The translations under genes were made by a program, and so were the position numbers. This document shows, piece by piece, positions 17,464-27,122 of a stretch of DNA of 62,646 bases. The first letter of the stretch is position 1; every line of letters starts with the position of its first letter. Origin of the DNA: a virus (taxonomy: Duplodnaviria > Caudoviricetes); the IMG/VR virus record IMGVR_UViG_3300035703_000094, positions 1 to 62,646 of that record; one strand, 5' to 3'. Below the pieces are notes generated by a model. The model was not told the DNA's origin. It did no database searches and worked only from the letters and a program-made list of their open reading frames with translations.

Positions 17464-19946
17464 TAAGCAAGCCCTCCAATAATGTCACTGAGTTTAGTAT
17501 ATCTTGCTCTGACTTTTTGATTTCTGTCATCCATGCCGGATTGTTTATTGTCTACCCAAGTTTTAATTGCATCGCGTTGGTCTTTTTCATATTGATAGCG
17601 ATTATTTTCAAAGGCAATACGGTCATTTTTGACATTCCAAAATTCAGCTTCTGATTTTTTGTGTGCTGCCTGTGCATTCCGCCAGTTATCGTATATTTCT
17701 TTATAACGTCTGTATTTATCCATCCGTTTTTCATAATAACTTAAACGTGCCTGATAATCTTTTTCTGATTCTATGTACTCAGAATCATCGTTTTCTCCCT
17801 TACGTGGACGGTCCGGTACTCGCGGGTAACCACCACGGTCATCGCTTACATCATCATACTCATCGGAACTTCTTGCATCGTAGAATGCTCGCTGAGTAGC
17901 TTTTTCATTGAGCATATTCTGATGATTGATTCCGCCCAGCCGTCCTTCTTCTCCCATCTTTTCATTAAATGCTTGTTGATAGGATTTATTGCCGGTCTCT
18001 TTGTAATATAATTCATCACGGGCCTGCGATGAAGATGGAAGTGATTCTTGTGGAGGATTAGCTGTAGCTTTTCTTAACTTACCCAAAGTTGTAGAGAAAT
18101 ATTCCCGCATTGCTTTAAGATTGGAGCCATCCAGAATCGAAGCTGAAGGTTTAGTTTCTCCGGTCAAACCAAGTTGTTTAACTTTATCTTTAAGTCCTTG
18201 AATATTAAATTGCCCGCCTGCGACTAAGTCACCCAGACCAGCCTGATTAAAGATGTCCTGGAATTCGCCGAGATTCTGATTAGATGCAAGTCTCGAAAAA
18301 CTGCTACCTGTATCTGGGATACCAATAAATTCGAGGAATTGTCTAACTTCACTACCTGCCGTTTCAATATTAGCGGGCTGAGCCACAAAGTCCTTAGCTC
18401 GTTTCTGCGCAATGACATTCTGAATAAATGGCTGTACACCTGTCTTAGCGATTTGCTGCAGGTCAGCTGCCGTAAGATTCTTGTAAATGTCTGGACCTTT
18501 AAGGCCAGTACCACTAAGTGCAAATGAATTCTTGGATAGTGTGGCCAGCAACTCACTCATTGCAGGGCCTGTATTTGCATCCTGCAGTAGTTTGAACTTA
18601 GCTTGGTCATCTGCCGAGAGTGTGGAGAACTTATTATCCAAGCTAGGCTTTGTAAGGTCGCCAAAGAATTCTTCCATAATCTGGTCAGCTGGTTTCCAAT
18701 TTTCATCAATGGCAACATTCTTGAGATTTGCCTCAACTTTATTTGAAAGGTCCTGCAGGTCTGGAGACAATTCATTGACTTTGTTTTGGATAGCATCTCG
18801 GTTAGCTTCAATCCAACCTTTGAGACTAGCCGGAGCAGTATCTGGTTTATCAAGCCAGCCCTTCAATTGAGCCAGTGCTTCAGGTTTCTCGAAGAACTCA
18901 CTAATCTCGAAAGACTGGTCACCAAGCATGACCGTATCGCCATCCTGCATCTGGGCGTCGAGGTCGCCTACCTTTTGGTCCAGAGCAAGTACGCCAACCT
19001 TACCAAGCCTGCGAAGATTTTCCAGAGCCAACTGACGTTGTGCAGGAGATGCGGTCGGGTCAGCAAGGGTTTGCTGGTAGGTTGTAACATCTTTGAATTC
19101 TTCTTGCTTCCATTGCTGAATAGCTGCAGTAACATCGCCCAGACGCATATTGGAAAGGTCAGAACCTTTTGGCAAAATACTTTTGAGCAATGCCGTCAAT
19201 TCATCCGAATCTGCAAGTCCTTCAGCCTGTGCAAGAGTATCCGCTGAATCAGTAGCAAGGAATTTATCGAGAGTTGTATTTGTGTTTGCTTCAGTTACGG
19301 CTTTACCAAAGGCTTGAGACATTTGGTCAGGAGTCATATTATCGTAGAGATTTGAAGCAATAAGCTGAGCATTTATTTGGGCAGATGTATCTTTGGTCAA
19401 CTTAATTGCACCAGCCCCTACACTTGCCAAGGCATCGTTAACTACTTTGATGTCTGCATCTGTGACAGGTTTATCTGTTGTGTTTGCAATAATCTTTCCG
19501 ATAGCAGCACTCAGAGCATCACGTTTTTCTTTGTCATCTTTGTACACACCCTCTTTAAGCGTAGCCCCTGCGGGAACTAGCCGGTTAGTAAACTCTTTTT
19601 CTAATTGTTTATTGATATAGGTAGCCATTGTCTCATCGAGGCGACCCAGGACAGACGCCTTTTGACGTATGCCCGTGACACGTTGGTCAGCTTCAATATC
19701 TTGTTTTGCTATATCACGAATAGCGCCAAGTCTGCGGGAACCTACGTCCTGCATGGCTACACGCAGTGCATTGACTTTGGCAGGAGGTGTGCCTGCCATC
19801 TTAGCTGAATCTGGTCCACGCCCTTGTTCCATAGCTCCGGCAGGAGTTGTCGCCAATTGAGCACCAGTCTGCTCAGCAGCAGTCGTGGTTGTCTCGACAA
19901 GTCCTCGGCCCTGGATACGGGCTAATGTACTAGAGCCATTGGCCAT
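17463..19946 (-). CDS. Internal virion protein (putative)
   Basis: 827 aa, helical; first gene after the nozzle. Confidence 0.55.
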   Translation of the reverse strand: MANGSSTLARIQGRGLVETTTTAAEQTGAQLATTPAGAMEQGRGPDSAKMAGTPPAKVNALRVAMQDVGSRRLGAIRDIAKQDIEADQRVTGIRQKASVLGRLDETMATYINKQLEKEFTNRLVPAGATLKEGVYKDDKEKRDALSAAIGKIIANTTDKPVTDADIKVVNDALASVGAGAIKLTKDTSAQINAQLIASNLYDNMTPDQMSQAFGKAVTEANTNTTLDKFLATDSADTLAQAEGLADSDELTALLKSILPKGSDLSNMRLGDVTAAIQQWKQEEFKDVTTYQQTLADPTASPAQRQLALENLRRLGKVGVLALDQKVGDLDAQMQDGDTVMLGDQSFEISEFFEKPEALAQLKGWLDKPDTAPASLKGWIEANRDAIQNKVNELSPDLQDLSNKVEANLKNVAIDENWKPADQIMEEFFGDLTKPSLDNKFSTLSADDQAKFKLLQDANTGPAMSELLATLSKNSFALSGTGLKGPDIYKNLTAADLQQIAKTGVQPFIQNVIAQKRAKDFVAQPANIETAGSEVRQFLEFIGIPDTGSSFSRLASNQNLGEFQDIFNQAGLGDLVAGGQFNIQGLKDKVKQLGLTGETKPSASILDGSNLKAMREYFSTTLGKLRKATANPPQESLPSSSQARDELYYKETGNKSYQQAFNEKMGEEGRLGGINHQNMLNEKATQRAFYDARSSDEYDDVSDDRGGYPRVPDRPRKGENDDSEYIESEKDYQARLSYYEKRMDKYRRYKEIYDNWRNAQAAHKKSEAEFWNVKNDRIAFENNRYQYEKDQRDAIKTWVDNKQSGMDDRNQKVRARYTKLSDIIGGLA

Positions 19947-19965
19947 GTTTCACCTCGCAGTGGAC

Positions 19966-19994
19966 AGCTTAGCGTTAACTCAAACAAAATGCAA
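19966..19994 (-). promoter_or_regulatory. Sigma70-like promoter for the ejection-protein block
   Basis: TTGCAT-17-TAAGCT in a 57-bp intergenic gap, followed by a GAGGTG Shine-Dalgarno. Confidence 0.55.
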
Positions 19995-20003
19995 GTGCAT
20001 TCC

Positions 20004-23000
20004 TTACTTACGGGTATCGTCAGCTTCCTTGGTACCCTTTGTACTCATGGCTGCAATACGGAATGTAACTCCCGAGAATTGCAGTGTCTCATAGATGCCG
20101 GCATTATCAATCTTGGTCTGGAACTGAATAGCCTTACTTGTTGGTACACTAAAGCGAATAGTCTCTCCCTTTAACAAGCCCAAGTCAGACAAGCCAGTAC
20201 GTGAATACAGACCCTGTGACTCATACTTGTCGCACTCGTAGTAATCCTCATGCAAGTCAGTAGCCATGGAGACTACCGTGTTTTCCTGACTGATGTTGAG
20301 ATTCTCTTCCTGTGGATTGCGGAAGTGAACGCTAACATGCAGCAATCTCTTACGAATGTTAGGGATACCCAGGTCATTGGGACGCAGGGCTACGGTAGCC
20401 ACAATAGCTGACCCACGGTCAGAGTAGTCCCATTTAGTCGCGGAGTTACGGCGAGTACAGACACGTGCATGCGTAGTTGCAAAGAATTCATCAGCAAAGA
20501 GGTTAGCCCAGCCGGTTGCGACGTGATTATCGTAGCGTGTCCACGAGCCGGGTTGTCCACGTGATTCACGGGTATGTTCATAGACAAGCACATCCGAGTT
20601 ACTGGTAGCGTCCTGCAGTGGAACGCTTAGCTTGTATTGTCGTCCTACGCCAAAATGGTGTCCCTGCGCCAAGTCAAGCTGATTAAGGTCAACTTCCTCG
20701 CGCCAAATGCGGTCTACGAATTGGCCAATCGGTTCGACAGTCAACTGCCTGGTCAGCTTGTAAATGCCCGACTCGTTGGCAAACATGATGCCATCCTTGG
20801 TAGGAGCAATCGAGTAAGGAGCCGTGCAGCCCAATCCTTGTGATTCAATCTTCTGTACTTCCCCAGCGACACGTCCGTCATTACCGACACGCAAGTCAAC
20901 CAGGTAAACAGAGTTTGTCTTGAAGACGACAAGCAAAGATTCGCGTGTAGCCTGACCGAAGGCCGACTCACCGAAGAATGGGATTATGCCAGTAATTTCC
21001 TGACCATCGGCGGCATTCACATCGACAGGCAGTACTCCATCATCGTCGGCCAATGTAATCAGTCGCTGGTCTACTTTATTAAATAGTTCAGGATAGTTTT
21101 GGTAAGAATAGATGACACGGCTTGGGAAGATGGGAGCCTCACTTTCGAGCAGCACCACACCTGCCTTGTACTGCAAACCTGTGTAGATAATCTGCAGAGA
21201 ACTATTAGTTAAGTCCATCTTGAATGCAAAGCTGGCTCCATCTTTTGGCTTACGCAGTCTCAACGTACCCAGGTCAAACTCACCACCTGAATCGGCCATA
21301 ATCCAAGGCTTGAAAGAGGACTGTCCATTGAGATTTGTATTGACTTGACGCATAGCTGAGTTGATTGCTGCAGCCGTACGATTCATGATAGTCAACACGT
21401 TATTGTCATTACCGCCATTTTGCTGAAAACATTTATCAGCATGGGCTGCATTTATGAAAATAGGAACAGTTCCTGCCGGGCTAGTCGAAGAACGAATAAC
21501 AGCAGAATCACAAGAAATATTTGCATTAACTGTACCTTCACCGGGAGCATAGACAGTTAAAGATGTTGTCGTGGGATTACTTGCAGCGCCTTGTGCGGTA
21601 CCAATAATTTGAAACCAGCCTACACCTTTCGTTTCTCCACTACTGCTTACGTCATTGGTGACGTGGTGCAAATAGACCCAATCTCCGACTAATGGTGCGT
21701 AAGGAAATGCGTCAGCACTTTTGAGAGTAATTGATAGTCGGCCTGAAGCAATTGTTGCCACGTCTATCTCGTGATATTCTGAAACATATTCACAAGTTAT
21801 CCGACTAGAAATACCTATAGAAACTTGGTCATCTTCATCGTTATAGACAGTAAAGGTCTTTCCTACAAAATCATCAAAAGTAATGGCTGCACTAGCTTTG
21901 ACAAAGCGAAGACTCATAGCCTGATAGCCGCGCAGATTACCGAGAACAATGCGGTTATTAAGCGAGGTAATATATTTTGCACGTAGCGGTTCACTAAGTG
22001 TTACGGCTGATAATTGGTCTCCCGCAGTAGAAACAATCTCTCGGTCCTGTGGCAAGCTGACTATGGTTGAATTTGATTCCGTATCTACAAAATCAATGTA
22101 TCCTGCGCCCATGGTCTGAGGCATCTCCACTTCACCAACAAGGTAGAAAGGAGGTACCGGAGTACCGCTTGCGACAAGTTGAGTGCGGTAAATTTGGATG
22201 GTTAATTTCTCAAAATCATAGTTATCCCAGACAGGCAGTCCTACCAACCGGAGATGAATACTTGTTCCGTTGTCAATAGTTACTTTATAGTCTTGTACAC
22301 CTGTCGTAGCACCGACGACAAAGTTTCCATTAGCATCGCGTCCGCCAATACGGAAGTAATACCAACAAGTTCCGCCTGTCGCAATTGCACCAGAAGTCTG
22401 TCTCCGTACAAACAACTGAGGATTCCAGCGAGGTACACCTGCTCGATATATGTTAAAGCCGTCAAACTTCTGTATTGGGTCATAGCCGTTGGTCAGATAG
22501 AGGTTGTTCTGACTCATGGTTGAGCGTACCGGAACCTGTGTACCGTACTCGTTTGCATGAAAATGTTCAGTCATTCTTTTGTCTACGGCATTGTAGAGAG
22601 TCAGGTTGGCTGTATCAATCTGAGGTTTCTCGACAGCTTCCCAGCGACCTTCTATTGTAAATGTACCTCGGTTGAATGAGTCATCTGCAATACTTGTAAT
22701 CTCACTTAGTTGCATTTGTGCAAGAATAATACAACCAGTCAATGCTGGCATATTCAGGACACCAGGAGCGGCAAGGGTGAGCGTACTATTGTCAATACCT
22801 ATTTCAGAAACCTCGAACTCTGCAGCATCATAGCCTAAATCGTGTACAAGCACCCTCTGTCCGACTGAGAACTGGCGGGCATTCGAGACACCTGTTAGCG
22901 TCAAAATTTCGTTATTGACAACCGCTGTGACGTTAGATAAGTTTGAACTCAGAACGTACGCCACCTCTACCGGCTCCGCTCTCCCAGCTATAGCTAAGCT

Positions 23001-25073
23001 ATCACCTCTCAGCACAGCCCTATCTAAGCTAAACGACCTATCCTGACCACTAGCTGACCTCGGACCATAGCAATACTTATCTGTCCTGCTCAGATTGATA
23101 AGCTGACCATTCGCTACCTGAATCTCCTCCACCACGCCAGATACATACATGTAAGGCTCAGCTGAACGGTCTGTTCCGATATAGCCAAGTTGTGTTCCTT
23201 GAGGGAAGGACTGTGCAGAGATGAGGTCTCCACGTGTCAGCAAAGGACGGTGGTCAATCGAGAAGCGGTCAGTGAATACTCCTGCTTCACCAGAATCGAG
23301 GCAATTGTAATCTTGTGAAGTGAATCCTGGTTTAATCAGGAAGCTACAACTTTCGCTGGCTGTAGTCTGCAGGCTCCAAATTGGCCATTCGCCATCAAAG
23401 GATTTCAGTTCTGCTCCGCGCAGGGAAAGCAGGTCACCGTAACGTGTGGTATCCGTGAAGGGTACAACAAGTGGTTCTGCTCCTTTGAGAACATTCTGTC
23501 TATCGGGAGTACTGAGTGTAACCCAGTAACCCTGGTCTGTCTCTGACCACTCGATGGACAGGATACGTGCCCAGCCAGATGCTCCACCCTCAAATGTGAT
23601 AGCTCCCCTGGTTCTCACGATGAAAGCTGGGTCTTCTACCAGCTCGTGAAAAAGAGGCGCTAAGAGGGCCGTGGCACGTGCTCTGGCACGCAGGGAGGGG
23701 TAGAGTACTGAAGCCTTGAGGTAAGGGGCTGCATCGGCCTGTTTGGTGGCTTGGAAGAGATTCCAGCCTAAACCAGCCACAACTGTGTTGTAGCCTTCCG
23801 ATTTGTAGGTGTCGATGTGCTGTACCCAGCCACTGCGAGGAGCTTCCTTGGTTGGAAACAATTCTTCTGCTACGAGACCGTAGACAGATAGCTCTGGCTG
23901 TGCATCGAAGGCATTTGCGGTAACTGTATTGATAGGGGTTACTGTTATGGTTGTACTTTTAACTTGAGCATATTCCCAAACAAAGACGATGTTTTGCGAG
24001 ACAGGGAAAGGGTTATCGAAGCTGACAGTAGCTGTCCCTGCAACCGCATCTACGGTTAGTTCGTTTGGCATTACCCGGGCAAGATTTCCGGTAGCTGCAT
24101 CGCGCAGAAAACAATCCAGAAAAAGAAAATCTCCTTCCAGATTTGGTATTACAAATTCGGCATTGGCAACATTTCCGCCTACCGAGTCAATCAATTGTTG
24201 CGCCACAGGGACAGAGTAGAGCATGACTCTGTACACACCTGATTCGCTGAAAGTAACATCTACCTGGCCTGTGTTCTCGTTTACAATTAGTTCAGTCGGG
24301 AGGACTTCCTTGTAGAAGCCTCCACTTACTTCGTAGGTTCTGCACAAGATATTGAAAGTGTTTAGGTTGTGGACAGCCGCCGTAATTGTGACGCTGTTTA
24401 CTGGAACAAGGTCAGTTCCGTATGTCGCACTATAACTTACGCCTGCAATGCTAGGCAATTCCAGGGCGTAGACAAAAGTAGTTATCTCGCCGTCCGTATT
24501 GTCGTAGGGCAGTGTTACATCGTATGTAGTTGTATCAATCTCAATGCCGTTGAGAAATAAGAACTTGTTATTCTTGTTTGTTTGACTTAGGCTTTCTACA
24601 CAAGCGATAAATAGGTTTGATGTATTGTTGCCGTGTTCTGACTGAGGAAAACTTAGACTGCCTGAATGGCTGGCTAAAATAACTTTACGTGGATTGGATT
24701 CGAAGGTCGGGTAGTACTGTGAGGTGTACGTTTCACCGAAGTCATTTATTCCATCGGCTGTACGTCCTACGACGAGGATTGGGCCGGGCGGTACGTTGGA
24801 CAGGTCGATGTCTAGATTGGGATGCTCATTGCTTGTCATCTGGAACACCAGCTTATCGGGTGTACCGTTCTCTTGCTTTACTGCTGCAACGCGGATGGGT
24901 AGATTGCCGAGGTAGTTGCGAAAGCCTGCACGTTTCTCGACGAGACCTTCTGAATTGAAGTCTACGTTGAGGGCATGCTCGACAAAACCTGCTGGGATTG
25001 AATCTTCGGGTGCTTGCTGGTTGATACCGGAGGCAAGGTCTTTTTCAGGTACGGAAGCATAATTCTGTGCCAT
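20004..25073 (-). CDS. Tail nozzle/tubular protein B-like protein with large insertions
   Basis: N-terminal GIN...ALNVDF..G.VEKRAGF; C-terminal propeller-type motifs (EITGI, LVVFKTNSVY, GCTAPYSI, GIMFANESGIY). Confidence 0.75.
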   Translation of the reverse strand: MAQNYASVPEKDLASGINQQAPEDSIPAGFVEHALNVDFNSEGLVEKRAGFRNYLGNLPIRVAAVKQENGTPDKLVFQMTSNEHPNLDIDLSNVPPGPILVVGRTADGINDFGETYTSQYYPTFESNPRKVILASHSGSLSFPQSEHGNNTSNLFIACVESLSQTNKNNKFLFLNGIEIDTTTYDVTLPYDNTDGEITTFVYALELPSIAGVSYSATYGTDLVPVNSVTITAAVHNLNTFNILCRTYEVSGGFYKEVLPTELIVNENTGQVDVTFSESGVYRVMLYSVPVAQQLIDSVGGNVANAEFVIPNLEGDFLFLDCFLRDAATGNLARVMPNELTVDAVAGTATVSFDNPFPVSQNIVFVWEYAQVKSTTITVTPINTVTANAFDAQPELSVYGLVAEELFPTKEAPRSGWVQHIDTYKSEGYNTVVAGLGWNLFQATKQADAAPYLKASVLYPSLRARARATALLAPLFHELVEDPAFIVRTRGAITFEGGASGWARILSIEWSETDQGYWVTLSTPDRQNVLKGAEPLVVPFTDTTRYGDLLSLRGAELKSFDGEWPIWSLQTTASESCSFLIKPGFTSQDYNCLDSGEAGVFTDRFSIDHRPLLTRGDLISAQSFPQGTQLGYIGTDRSAEPYMYVSGVVEEIQVANGQLINLSRTDKYCYGPRSASGQDRSFSLDRAVLRGDSLAIAGRAEPVEVAYVLSSNLSNVTAVVNNEILTLTGVSNARQFSVGQRVLVHDLGYDAAEFEVSEIGIDNSTLTLAAPGVLNMPALTGCIILAQMQLSEITSIADDSFNRGTFTIEGRWEAVEKPQIDTANLTLYNAVDKRMTEHFHANEYGTQVPVRSTMSQNNLYLTNGYDPIQKFDGFNIYRAGVPRWNPQLFVRRQTSGAIATGGTCWYYFRIGGRDANGNFVVGATTGVQDYKVTIDNGTSIHLRLVGLPVWDNYDFEKLTIQIYRTQLVASGTPVPPFYLVGEVEMPQTMGAGYIDFVDTESNSTIVSLPQDREIVSTAGDQLSAVTLSEPLRAKYITSLNNRIVLGNLRGYQAMSLRFVKASAAITFDDFVGKTFTVYNDEDDQVSIGISSRITCEYVSEYHEIDVATIASGRLSITLKSADAFPYAPLVGDWVYLHHVTNDVSSSGETKGVGWFQIIGTAQGAASNPTTTSLTVYAPGEGTVNANISCDSAVIRSSTSPAGTVPIFINAAHADKCFQQNGGNDNNVLTIMNRTAAAINSAMRQVNTNLNGQSSFKPWIMADSGGEFDLGTLRLRKPKDGASFAFKMDLTNSSLQIIYTGLQYKAGVVLLESEAPIFPSRVIYSYQNYPELFNKVDQRLITLADDDGVLPVDVNAADGQEITGIIPFFGESAFGQATRESLLVVFKTNSVYLVDLRVGNDGRVAGEVQKIESQGLGCTAPYSIAPTKDGIMFANESGIYKLTRQLTVEPIGQFVDRIWREEVDLNQLDLAQGHHFGVGRQYKLSVPLQDATSNSDVLVYEHTRESRGQPGSWTRYDNHVATGWANLFADEFFATTHARVCTRRNSATKWDYSDRGSAIVATVALRPNDLGIPNIRKRLLHVSVHFRNPQEENLNISQENTVVSMATDLHEDYYECDKYESQGLYSRTGLSDLGLLKGETIRFSVPTSKAIQFQTKIDNAGIYETLQFSGVTFRIAAMSTKGTKEADDTRK

Positions 25074-25156
25074 CTGTGGTCTCCCAAAATATGTAGCACT
25101 TGCGTAGAGATTCGCGCCATGCTATAAGGAAGCTACCACCGAGAGACCCAATTAGG

Positions 25157-25339
25157 CTATTCCTTCTTGGGTTTCTTTTCTTCTTTCTTGGGCATTTTCC
25201 CTTTGAGATTCTGATACTTGCTTTTCCCGGCCTTGCTCAGTGCAATTGCTACTGCCTGTTTCTGCGGTTTCCCTGCAGCTATTTCGGCCTTTATGTTCTC
25301 GCTGATTACCTTGTCTGACTTTCCTGATTTGAGTGGCAT
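25157..25339 (-). CDS. Small basic conserved phage protein
   Basis: [15 protein letters not shown]...[13 protein letters not shown], a pattern common in podovirus late regions; AGGAG Shine-Dalgarno. Confidence 0.8.
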   Translation of the reverse strand: MPLKSGKSDKVISENIKAEIAAGKPQKQAVAIALSKAGKSKYQNLKGKMPKKEEKKPKKE

Positions 25340-25360
25340 AGTTGTTTCTCCTATTATTCT

Positions 25361-25612
25361 TCACCAAGCCGGCTTCCTGCAGGCCCAGTATCCTGGGGTA
25401 AACTTATCATTCTTCTCGTCGCAGTTATGTCTGTCCCGGAATGCTTTTCGGCGGCCCGGTTCATCTGGTCTATTCGGCATTGAGGCGTCCCCGTAACGAA
25501 TCAGCTTCTCCTTGCCATCTTTGCATGCCTTGACTTTGTAGTCGTGCTTGCCGTCATTGGCTCGGGTCGGTTTGTTGCAGGGCATTTTGTCTTTAAGTGA
25601 TTTTACTGACAT
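25361..25612 (-). CDS. DUF6321-like small basic protein
   Basis: KLIRYGD...RRKAFRDRHNC...TPGYWAC pattern. Confidence 0.7.
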   Translation of the reverse strand: MSVKSLKDKMPCNKPTRANDGKHDYKVKACKDGKEKLIRYGDASMPNRPDEPGRRKAFRDRHNCDEKNDKFTPGYWACRKPAW

Positions 25613-25613
25613 A

Positions 25614-26579
25614 TTAGCTATTCCAAGTAACGCGCCATCTTGAAGCGCGGTTCATCCAGTTTTTGCTTGTGTTCCTGACTCGGCTGGTGTTCTCGCGGCC
25701 CGACCATTGACGCTCTACATCCTTCTCCATCTGGTCAAGGACACGCATCTCCATGTCTGTCTCGCCACCTAGCTTCCTGGTAAGTTCCGCAATAGCAAAC
25801 TGAATAACATAATTTGCAAGCGGATTGCGTAGGGGTGAAATACAAGTATCTGTGACCAGGCAGATGTAATCATCCAACTGCACAGTCTCAGGTATAGTCC
25901 GGCTAATAGTCTGTCCATATACTTCTTCACGGCTTGGGATGGCACGGAAGAGGAGACGGTTACCGACAATGTTCTGAATCTGATGAGAACTCTTGACGAC
26001 GCCTGTGTCCTTATCAATTACATTAACATAAGCATTGTTAGAGTCAATAGCTGATTCCAAACTTTCTCCGGCAACATCGACAGTTACGTAGTTTGCTGTC
26101 ACGTTGACGCCCGTGATACGTCCCTGCTCAAGTCCTAGCTTTGGCGGTTCCTTGAGATACCAGATGCGGAATTGGTAATTGCCAGTAGGCTTAGGAGCTA
26201 CACGGTAAGTACGGCCAATGGATGCCCACGCAAGTGGCGAGTTGGCTGAACCTTGTGTCTCGAAATAAAGCAGGTCACGGAAGTCTACGCGGCGTACAGG
26301 AAAGACTGAACCATTCTGGATAGTCTCAATCTTTTCGATACGGTCCTCGAAGGCGTCTTCGGGTATGTCGTAGTCTGCTTTATCTGCAGTAGGGGAGAAG
26401 GTAATGGAGGTCAGCAATGGGTCTGGATAACGACGAGCCAGCACCGAATAGGCTTTCGAGAAGCCACGATTCAGCGCCGGTATTACGTCACGGTCATCAT
26501 CAATGCTGGCTGTGTTGTCTTCGTCAAGCTGACTACGGACAGCCATGATTAGGTCTTTGGTTGTAAGTGCCTTAGCCAT
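25614..26579 (-). CDS. Head-tail adaptor/tail tubular protein A-like
   Basis: LIMAVRSQLDE, ALNRG, YDIPED, VAPKP; position upstream of the nozzle. Confidence 0.7.
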   Translation of the reverse strand: MAKALTTKDLIMAVRSQLDEDNTASIDDDRDVIPALNRGFSKAYSVLARRYPDPLLTSITFSPTADKADYDIPEDAFEDRIEKIETIQNGSVFPVRRVDFRDLLYFETQGSANSPLAWASIGRTYRVAPKPTGNYQFRIWYLKEPPKLGLEQGRITGVNVTANYVTVDVAGESLESAIDSNNAYVNVIDKDTGVVKSSHQIQNIVGNRLLFRAIPSREEVYGQTISRTIPETVQLDDYICLVTDTCISPLRNPLANYVIQFAIAELTRKLGGETDMEMRVLDQMEKDVERQWSGRENTSRVRNTSKNWMNRASRWRVTWNS

Positions 26580-26605
26580 CGTCCTGAGCCTCCAGTATAT
26601 GAGGC

Positions 26606-26851
26606 TTATACTTTAAGCCCGCGCTTCTTAATTTCTTCGAGCAGTTCTTCGTCACTGGCATCTGCGAGCATCGAAGGTGCTTCTTCCATTCCTGCTTCGC
26701 CTTCAGCTTCTCCGCCGAGGTCGCCCAGGTTGATTTCGACTTCGCTCTCAGGTGCTTCACCTTCAGCGCCTTCTGCTTCCATACCAGGCATTGGTGCTTC
26801 CGATGGTTTCTTTTTCTTAGGCATTCCCATACCTTTAAGCATGCTCATCAT
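26606..26851 (-). CDS. Small Met/Glu-rich protein
   Basis: AAGGAG before ATG 26851; ends ASDEELLEEIKKRGL. Confidence 0.65.
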   Translation of the reverse strand: MMSMLKGMGMPKKKKPSEAPMPGMEAEGAEGEAPESEVEINLGDLGGEAEGEAGMEEAPSMLADASDEELLEEIKKRGLKV

Positions 26852-27122
26852 TTTCGCGTTCTCCTTCTTTGACAATGCGAAGTTTACGATTAGCAGAGTT
26901 AACTCCCCGCTGTACCTCGTCTATTGATTCTTTTACCTCAAAAAGACGCTCTTGTACAGCGCCAGTTAATACATCAAATTTTTCTTCAATCTTGGTAAGA
27001 TGGGTATGAACTATATCGAGTGCTTTGGTGGCCAACTTCCAGGCCATCCAGAGGACAAGAGCCAGCAGAACCATAGCTCCGCCGGGGCCGGCCAAGAGTG
27101 TTGCAATGCTGCTAACTTCCAT
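26835..27122 (-). CDS. Holin-like membrane protein
   Basis: One N-terminal transmembrane helix plus a charged coiled coil. Confidence 0.5.
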   Translation of the reverse strand: MEVSSIATLLAGPGGAMVLLALVLWMAWKLATKALDIVHTHLTKIEEKFDVLTGAVQERLFEVKESIDEVQRGVNSANRKLRIVKEGERENDEHA

